NCBI GenBank assembly: GCA_964658305.1
Contig: OZ210884.1
Location: 2,480,001 to 2,544,000 of the forward strand
DNA: 64,000 nt
Direction: 5' to 3'
Source of the DNA: Leptogorgia sarmentosa
Taxonomy: Eukaryota
The notes under the pieces are model-generated. The model searched no databases. It was not told the origin of the DNA and saw only the letters and a program-made list of their open reading frames with translations. Below, one piece after another: positions 54,838 through 64,000 of this stretch (position 1 is its first letter; each line of letters begins with the position of its first letter). Position numbers and translations under genes: made by a program.

Positions 54838-57270
54838 TGAAACAACGGGCTACCCATCATCATGCCCTTGCTCGTATTTTTATCACAGGTTTACGAAATT
54901 TTCGCTGCACATTGCTCTTGGCATGGTGAATACGCATGGTAAATTTGGTGGCGACACCTTTCAAAATGGAAGCCACAGATGCAATCAAGTCCCTTCACCT
55001 GGTATGGTATATTTGCTATTGCTCCTGTTGAGATTCCTTTGAAACAACGGGCTACCCATCATCATGCCCTTGCTCGTATTTTTATCACAGGTTTACGAAA
55101 TTTTCGCTGCACATTGCTCTTGGCATGGTGAATACGCATGGTAAATTTGGTGGCGACACCATTCAAAATGGAAGCCACAGAAGCAATCAAGTCCCTTCAC
55201 CTGGTATGGTATATTTGCTATTGCTACTGTTGAGATTCCTTTGAAACAACGGGCTACCCATCGTCATGCCCTTGCTCGTATTTTTATCACACGTTTACGA
55301 AATTTTCGCTGCACATTGCTCTTGGCATGGTGAATACGCATGGTAAATTTGGTGGCGACACCTTTCAAAATGGAAGCCACAGATGCAATCAAGTCCCTTC
55401 ACCTGGTATGGTATATTTGCTATTGCTCCTGTTGAGATTCCTTTGAAACAACGGGCTACCCATCATCATGCCCTTGCTCGTATTTTTATCACAGGTTTAC
55501 GAAATTTTCGCTGCACATTGCTCTTGGCATGGTGAATACGCATGGTAAATTTGGTGGCGACACCATTCAAAATGGAAGCCACAGAAGCAATCAAGTCCCT
55601 TCACCTGGTATGGTATATTTGCTATTGCTACTGTTGAGATTCCTTTGAAACAACGGGCTACCCATCGTCATGCCCTTGCTCGTATTTTTATCACACGTTT
55701 ACGAAATTTTCGCTGCACATTGCTGTCGGCATGGTGAATACGCATGGTCAATTTGGTGGCGACACCATTCAAAATGGAAGCCACAGAAGCAATCAAGTCC
55801 CTTCACCTGGTATGGTATATTTGCTATTGCTCCTGTTGAGATTCCTTTGAAACAACGGGCTACCCATCATCATGCCCTTGCTCGTATTTTTATCACAGGT
55901 TTACAAAAGTTTCGCTGCACATTGCTCTTGGCATGATGAATACGCATGGTAAATTTGGTGGCGACACCATTCAAAATGGAAGCCACAGAAGCAATCAAGT
56001 CCCTTCACCTGGTATGGTATATTTGCTATTGCTACTGTTGAGATTCCTTTGAAACAACGGGCTACCCATCGTCATGCCCTTGCTCGTATTTTTATAACAC
56101 GTTTACGAAAGTTTCGCTGCACATTGCTCTTGGCATGGTGAATACGCATGGTAAATTTGGTGGCGACACCATTCAAAATGGAAGCCACAGAAGCAATCAA
56201 GTCTTTTCAACTGGTATGGTATATTTGCTATTGCTATTGCTCCTGTTGAGATTCCTTTGAAACAACGGGCTACCCATCATCATGCCCTTGCTCGTATTTT
56301 TATCACAGGTTTACGAAATTTTCGCTGCACATTGCTCTTGGCATGGTGAATACGCATGGTAAATTTGGTGGCGACACCTTTCAAAATGGAAGCCACAGAT
56401 GCAATCAAGTCCCTTCACCTGGTATGGTATATTTGCTATTGCTCCTGTTGAGATTCCTTTGAAACAACGGGCTACCCATCATCATGCCCTTGCTCGTATT
56501 TTTATCACAGGTTTACGACATTTTCGCTGCACATTGCTCTTGGCATGGTGAATACGCATGGTAAATTTGGTGGCGACACCATTCAAAATGGAAGCCACAG
56601 AAGCAATCAAGTCCCTTCACCTGGTATGGTATATTTGCTATTGCTACTGTTGAGATTCCTTTGAAACAACGGGCTACCCATCGTCATGCCCTTGCTCGTA
56701 TTTTTATCACACGGTTACGAAATTTTCGCTGCACATTGCTCTTGGCATGGTGAATACGCATGGTCAATTTGGTGGCGACACCATTCAAAATGGAAGCCAC
56801 AGAAGCAATCAAGTCCCTTCACCTGGTATGGTATATTTGCTATTGCTCCTGTTGAGATTCCTTTGAAACAACGGGCTACCCATCATCATGCCCTTGCTCG
56901 TATTTTTCTCACAGGTTTACAAAAGTTTCGCTGCACATTGCTCTTGGCATGATGAATACGCATGGTAAATTTGGTGGCGACACCATTCAAAATGGAAGCC
57001 ACAGAAGCAATCAAGTCCCTTCACCTGGTATAGTATATTTGCTATTGCTACTGTTGAGATTCCTTTGAAACAACGGGCTACCCATCGTCATGCCCTTGCT
57101 CGTATTTTTATCACACGTTTACGAAAGTTTCACTGCACATTGCTCTTGGCATGGTGAATACGCATGGTAAATTTGGTGGCGACACCATTCAAAATGGAAG
57201 CCACAGAAGCAATCAAGTCTTTTCAACTGGTATGGTATATTTGCTATTACTATTGCTCCTGTTGAAATTC
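54838..57270. repeat. 404-bp 2-mer followed by 1016-bp 5-mer x2, rich in 202-bp monomers
   Basis: GCGACACCTT at 54951, 55355 (+404) and 56371 (+1016); ORFs 55670/56686 (+1016). Markers GCTACTGTT, CATCGTCAT, TCACACG, GTCTTTTCAA. Confidence 0.85.
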
Positions 57271-58450
57271 CTTTGAAACAACGGGCTACCCATTATCATG
57301 CCCTTGCTCGTATTTTTATCACAGGTTTACGAAATTTTCGCTGCACATTGCACTTGGCATGGTGAATACGCATGGTAAATTTGGTGGCGACACCATTCAA
57401 AATGGAAGCCACATAAGCAATCAAGTCCCTTCACCTGGTATGGTATATTTGCTATTGCTATTGCTCCTGTTGAGATTCCTTTGAAACAACGGGCTACCCA
57501 TCATCATGCCCTTGCTCGTATTTTTATGACAGGTTTACGAAATTTTCGCTGCACATTGCTCTCTGCATGGTGAATACGCATGGTAAATTTGGTGGCGACA
57601 CCATTCAAAATGGAAGCCACTGAAGCAATCAAGTCCCTTCGCCTGGTATGGTATATTTGCTATTGCTATTGCTCCTGTTGAGATTCCTTTGAAACAACGG
57701 GCTACCCATTATCATGCCCTGGCTCGTATTTTTATCACAGGTTTACGAAATTTTCGCTGGACATTGCTCTTGGCATGATGAATACACATGGTAAATTTGG
57801 TGGCGACACCATTCAAAATGGAAGCCACAGAAGCAATCAAGTCTTTTCAACTGGTATGGTATATTTGCTATTGCTATTGCTCCTGTTGAAATTCCTTTGA
57901 AACAACGGGCTACCCATTATCATGCCCTTGCTCGTATTTTTATCACAGGTTTACGAAATTTTCGCTGCACATTGCACTTGGCATGGTGAATACGCATGGT
58001 AAATTTGGTGGCGACACCATTCAAAATGGAAGTCACTGAAGCAATCAAGTCCCTTCGCCTGGTATGGTATATTTGCTATTGCTATTGCTCCTGTTGAGAT
58101 TCCTTTGAAACAACGGGCTACCCATCATCATGCCCTTGCTCGTATTTTTATGACAGGTTTACGAAATTTTCGCTGCACATTGCTCTCTGCATGGTGAATA
58201 CGCATGGTAAATTTGGTGGCGACACCATTCAAAATGGAAGCCACTGAAGCAATCAAGTCCCTTCGCCTGGTATGGTATATTTGCTATTGCTATTGCTCCT
58301 GTTGAGATTCCTTTGAAACAACGGGCTACCCATTATCATGCCCTGGCTCGTATTTTTCTCACAGGTTTACGAAATTTTCGCTGGACATTGCTCTTGGCAT
58401 GGCGAATACGCATGGTAAATTTGGTGGCGACACCATTCAAAATGGAAGCC
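57200..58450. repeat. 3-mer HOR, 624 bp x2
   Basis: GTTGAAATTC at 57261/57885; TGCACTTGG, TATGACAGG, CTCTGC and CCCTGGCT repeat at +624. Confidence 0.83.
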
Positions 58451-61400
58451 ACAGAAGCAATCAAGTCCCTTCACCTGGTATGGTATATTTGCTATTGCTC
58501 CTGTTGAGATTCCTTTGAAACAACGGGCTACCCATCATCATGCCCTTGCTCGTATTTTTATCACAGGTTTAGGAAATTTTCGCTGCACATTGCTCTTGGC
58601 ATGGTGAATACGCATGGTAAATTTGGTGGTGACACCATTCAAAATGGAAGCCACAGAAGCAATCAAGTCCCTTCACCTGGTATGGTATATTTGCTATTGC
58701 TATTGCTCCTGTTGAGATTCCTTTGAAACAACGGGCTACCCTTCATCATGCCCTTGCTCGTATTTTTATCACAGGTTTACGAAATTTTCGCTGCACATTG
58801 CTCTTGGCATGGTGAATACGCATGGTAAATTTGGTGGCGACACCATTCAAAATGGAAGCCACAGAAGCAATCAAGTCCCTTCACCTGGTATGGTATATTT
58901 GCTATTGCTATTGCTCCTGTTGAGATTCCTTTGAAACAACGGGCTACTCATCATCATGCCCTTGCTCGTATTTTTATCACAGGTTTACGAAATTTTCGCT
59001 GCACATTGCTCTTGGCATGGTGAATACGCATGGTAAATTTGGTGGCGACACCATTCAAAATGGAAGCCACAGAAGCAATCAAGTCCCTTCACCTGGTATG
59101 GTATATTTGCTATTGCTATTGCTCCTGTTGAGATTCCTTTGAAACAACGGGCTACTCATCATCATGCCCTTGCTCGTATTTTTATCACAGGTTTACGAAA
59201 TTTTCGCTGCACATTGCTCTTGGCATGGTGAATACGCATGGTAAATTTGGTGGTGACAACATTCAAAATGGAAGCCACAGAAGCAATCAAGTCCCGTCAC
59301 CTGGTATGGTATATTTGCTATTGGTCCTGTTGAGATTCCTTTGAAACAACGGGCTACCCATCATCATGCCCTTGCTCGTATTTTTATCACAGGTTTACGA
59401 AATTTTCGCTGCACATTGCTCTTGGCATGATGAATACGCATGGTAAATTTGGTGGCGACACCATTCAAAATGGAAGCCACAGAAGCAATCAAGTCACTTC
59501 GCCTGGTATGGTATATTTGCTATTGCTATTGCTCCTGTTGAGATTCCTTTGAAACAACGGGCTACCCATCATCATGCCCTTGCTCGTATTTTTATCACAG
59601 GTTTACGAAATTTTCGCTGCACATTGCTCTTGGCATGGTGAATACGCATGGTAAATTTGGTGGCGACACCTTTCAAAATGGAAGCCACAGATGCAATCAA
59701 GTCCCTTCACCTGGTATGGTATATTTGCTATTGCTCCTGTTGAGATTCCTTTGAAACAACGGGCTACCCATCATCATGCCCTTGCTCGTATTTTTATCAC
59801 AGGTTTACGAAATTTTCGCTGCACATTGCTCTTGGCATGGTGAATACGCATGGTAAATTTGGTGGCGACACCATTCAAAATGGAAGCCACAGAAGCAATC
59901 AAGTCCCTTCACCTGGTATGGTATATTTGCTATTGCTCCTGTTGAGATTCCTTTGAAACAACGGGCTACCCATCATCATGCCCTTGCTCGTATTTTTATC
60001 ACAGGTTTACAAAAGTTTCGCTGCACATTGCTCTTGGCATGATGAATACGCATGGTAAATTTGGTGGCGACACCATTCAAAATAGAAGCCACAGAAGCAA
60101 TCAAGTCCCTTCACCTGGTATGGTATATTTGCTATTGCTACTGTTGAGATTCCTTTGAAACAACGGGCTACCCATCGTCATGCCCTTGCTCGTATTTTTA
60201 TCACACGTTTACGAAAGTTTCGCTGCACATTGCTCTTGGCATGGTGAATACGCATGGTAAATTTGGTGGCGACACCATTCAAAATGGAAGCCACGGAAGC
60301 AATCAAGTCCCTTCACCTGGTATGGTATATTTGCTATTGCTCCTGTTGAGATTCCTTTGAAACAACGGGCTACCCATCATCATGCCCTTGCTCGTATTTT
60401 TACCACAGGTTTACCAAATTTTCGCTGGATATTGCTCTTGGCATGGTGAATACGCATAGTAAATTTGGTGGCGACACCATTTAAAATGGAAGCCACATGA
60501 GCAATCAAGTCCCTTCACCTGGTATGGTATATTTGCTATTGCTATTGCTCCTGTTCAGATTCCTTTGAAACAACGGGCTACCCATCATCATGCCCTTGCT
60601 CGTATTTTTATCACAGGTTTACGAAATTTTCGCTGCGCATTGCTCTTGGCATGGTGAATGCGCATGGTAAATTTGGTGGCGACACCATTCAAAATGGAAG
60701 CCACAGAAGCAATCAAGTCCCTTCACCTGGTATGGTATATTTGCTATTGCTATTGCTCCTGTTGAGATTCCTTTGAAACAACGGGCTACCCATCATCATG
60801 CCCTTGCTCGTATTTTTATGACAGGTTTACGAAATTTTCGCTGCACATTGCTCTCTGCATGGTGAATACGCATGGTAAATTTGGTGGCGACACCATTCAA
60901 AATGGAAGCCACTGAAGCAATCAAGTCCCTTCGCCTGGTATGGTATATTTGCTATTGCTATTGCTCCTGTTGAGATTCCTTTGAAACAACGGGCTACCCA
61001 TTATCATGCCCTGGCTCGTATTTTTCTCACAGGTTTACGAAATTTTCGCTGGGCATTGCTCTTGGCATGGCGAATACGCATGGTAAATTTGGTGGCGACA
61101 CCATTCAAAATGGAAGCCACAGAAGCAATCAAGTCCCTTCACCTGGTATGGTATATTTGCTATTGCTCCTGTTGAGATTCCTTTGAAACAACGGGCTACC
61201 CATCATCATGCCCTTGCTCGTATTTTTATCACAGGTTTAGAAAATTTTCGCTGCACATTGCTCTTGGCATGGTGAATACGCATGGTAAATTTGGTGGTGA
61301 CACCATTCAAAATGGAAGCCACAGAAGCAATCAAGTCCCTTCACCTGGTATGGTATATTTGCTATTGCTATTGCTCCTGTTGAGATTCCTTTGAAACAAC

Positions 61401-63232
61401 GGGCTACCCTTCATCATGCCCTTGCTCGTATTTTTATCACAGGTTTACGAAATTTTCGCTGCACATTGCTCTTGGCATGGTGAATACGCATGGTAAATTT
61501 GGTGGCGACACCATTCAAAATGGAAGCCACAGAAGCAATCAAGTCCCTTCACCTGGTATGGTATATTTGCTATTGGTATTGCTCCTGTTGAGATTCCTTT
61601 GAAACAACGGGCTACTCATCATCATGCCCTTGCTCGTATTTTTATCACAGGTTTACGAAATTTTCGCTGCACATTGCTCTTGGCATGGTGAATACGCATG
61701 GTAAATTTGGTGGTGACAACATTCAAAATGGAAGCCACAGAAGCAATCAAGTCCCGTCACCTGGTATGGTATATTTGCTATTGGTCCTGTTGAGATTCCT
61801 TTGAAACAACGGGCTACCCATCATCATGCCCTTGCTCGTATTTTTATCACAGGTTTACGAAATTTTCGCTGCACATTGCTCTTGGCATGATGAATACGCA
61901 TGGTAAATTTGGTGGCGACACCATTCAAAATGGAAGCCACAGAAGCAATCAAGTCACTTCGCCTGGTATGGTATATTTGCTATTGCTATTGCTCCTGTTG
62001 AGATTCCTTTGAAACAACGGGCTACCCATCATCATGCCCTTGCTCGTATTTTTATCACAGGTTTACGAAATTTTCGCTGCACATTGCTCTTGGCATGGTG
62101 AATACGCATGGTAAATTTGGTGGCGACACCTTTCAAAATGGAAGCCACAGATGCAATCAAGTCCCTTCACCTGGTATTGTATATTTGCTATTGCTCCTGT
62201 TGAGATTCCTTTGAAACAACGGGCTACCCATCATCATGCCCTTGCTCGTATTTTTATCACAGGTTTACGAAATTTTCGCTGCACATTGCTCTTGGCATGG
62301 TGAATACGCATGGTAAATTTGGTGGCGACACCATTCAAAATGGAAGCCACAGAAGCAATCAAGTCCCTTCACCTGGTATGGTATATTTGCTATTGCTCCT
62401 GTTGAGATTCCTTTGAAACAACGGGCTACCCTACATCATGCCCTTGCTCGTATTTTTATCACAGGTTTACAAAAGTTTCGCTGCACATTGCTCTTGGCAT
62501 GATGAATACGCATGGTAAATTTGGTGGCGACACCATTCAAAATAGAAGCCACAGAAGCAATCAAGTCCCTTCACCTGGTATGGTATATTTGCTATTGCTA
62601 CTGTTGAGATTCCTTTGAAACAACGGGCTACCCATCGTCATGCCCTTGCTCGTATTTTTATCACACGTTTACGAAAGTTTCGCTGCACATTGCTCTTGGC
62701 ATGGTGAATACGCATGGTAAATTTGGTGGCGACACCATTCAAAATGGAAGCCACAGAAGCAATCAAGTCCCTTCACCTGGTATGGTATATTTGCTATTGC
62801 TCCTGTTGAGATTCCTTTGAAACAACGGGCTACCCATCATCATGCCCTTGCTCGTATTTTTACCACAGGTTTACGAAATTTTCGCTGGATATTGCTCTTG
62901 GCATGGTGAATACGCATAGTAAATTTGGTGGCGACACCATTTAAAATGGAAGCCACATGAGCAATCAAGTCCCTTCACCTGGTATGGTATATTTGCTATT
63001 GCTATTGCTCCTGTTCAGATTCCTTTGAAACAACGGGCTACCCATCATCATGCCCTTGCTCGTATTTTTATCACAGGTTTACGAAATTTTCGCTGCGCAT
63101 TGCTCTTGGCATGGTGAATACGCATGGTAAATTTGGTGGCGACACCATTCAAAATGGAAGCCACAGAAGCAATCAAGTCCCTTCACCTGGTATGGTATAT
63201 TTGCTATTGCTATTGCTCCTGTTGAGATTCCT
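58106..63232. repeat. 13-mer/12-mer HOR pair (2668 then 2460 bp)
   Basis: ORFs 58313/60981 (+2668); TGGTGACAAC at 59251/61711 and CTGTTCAGAT at 60551/63011 (+2460). The first unit carries one extra GCTACTCAT monomer. Confidence 0.9.
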
Positions 63233-64000
63233 TTGAAACAACGGGCTACCCATCATCATGCCATTGCTCGTATTTGTATCACAGGTTTACGAAATTTTCG
63301 CTGCACATTGCTCTTGGCATGCTGAATACGCATGGTAAATTTGGTGGCGACACCATTCAAAATGGAAGCCACAGAAGCAATCAAGTCCCTTCACCTGGTA
63401 TGGTATATTTGATATTGCTCCTGTTGAGATTCTTTTGAAACAACGGGCAACCCATCATCATGCCCTTGCTCGTATTTTTATCACAGGTTTACGAAATTTT
63501 CGCTGCACATTGCTCTTGGCATGGTGAATACGCATGGTAAATTTGGTGGCGACACCATTCAAAATAGAAGCCACACAAGCAATCAAGTCCCTTCACCTGG
63601 TATAGTATATTTGCTATTGCTATTGCTCCTGTTGAGATTCCTTTGAAACAACGGGCTACCCATCATCATGCCCTTGCTCGTATTTTTATCACAGGTTTAC
63701 GAAATTTTCGCTGCACATTGCTCTTGGCATGGTGAATTGGCATGGTAAATTTGGTGGCGACACCATTCAAAATGGAAGCCATGGAAGCAATCAAGTCCCT
63801 TCACCTGGTATGGTATATTTGCTATTGCTATTGCTCCTGTTGAGATTCCTTTGAAACAACGGGCTACCCATCATCATGCCCTTGCTCGTATTTTTATCAC
63901 AGGTTTACGAAATTTTCGCTGCACATTGCTCTTGAATATCGTGAATACGCATGGTAAATTTGGTGGCGACATTATTCAAAATGGAAGCCACAGAAGCAAT

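Larger units (their letters stand above)
1..64000. repeat. Tandem satellite DNA array, ~208-bp monomer (202/208/209-bp classes), ~310 head-to-tail copies, running off both window ends
   Basis: TGAAACAACGGGCTACCC recurs at 131, 339 (+208), 541 (+202), 749 (+208) and onward to the window end. Copies differ from the consensus at only a few positions, and all have the same orientation. Confidence 0.99.

Noticed and set aside
540..61175. All listed ORFs (MKQRATHHH..., MVNTHGKFGG..., poly-Leu tails)
   Set aside because: They are 61-110 aa translations of the repeat, many starting at TTG. They open or close according to 1-bp indels, 208 is not a multiple of 3, and poly-Leu/His merely reflect TATTGC and CAT repeats. 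I recognise no domain.
1..64000. CRISPR array or other repeat-spacer system
   Set aside because: There are no unique spacers. The entire 208-bp unit is repeated and no cas genes are present.
1..64000. Inversions or embedded transposon/unique sequence
   Set aside because: Reading through the window, every line fits the monomer in the same orientation, and no reverse-complement monomer or foreign segment was seen.

Overview
The whole 64 kb window is one uninterrupted, head-to-tail tandem array of a ~208-bp satellite-like monomer (about 310 copies, consensus ~43% GC by hand count, e.g. the copy at 42261-42468). Main length classes are 208 bp, 202 bp (one TATTGC unit fewer) and 209 bp (GGCATGG>GGCGATGG). 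I saw no inversion, inserted element, gene, RNA gene or CRISPR spacer; every ORF in the track is a translation of the repeat. The information lies in the variants. They define locus-specific higher-order repeats (2- to 14-mers, some nested) and large variant domains in the order A(~1-10.2 kb), B(~10.3-31.4), A'(~31.4-41.6), C(~41.8-54.2), D(~54.2-63.2), C'(63.2-end). This organisation is typical of a eukaryotic centromeric/pericentromeric satellite. I cannot name the family or organism, and centromere function is inference only. I found no evidence of a novel protein-coding system.
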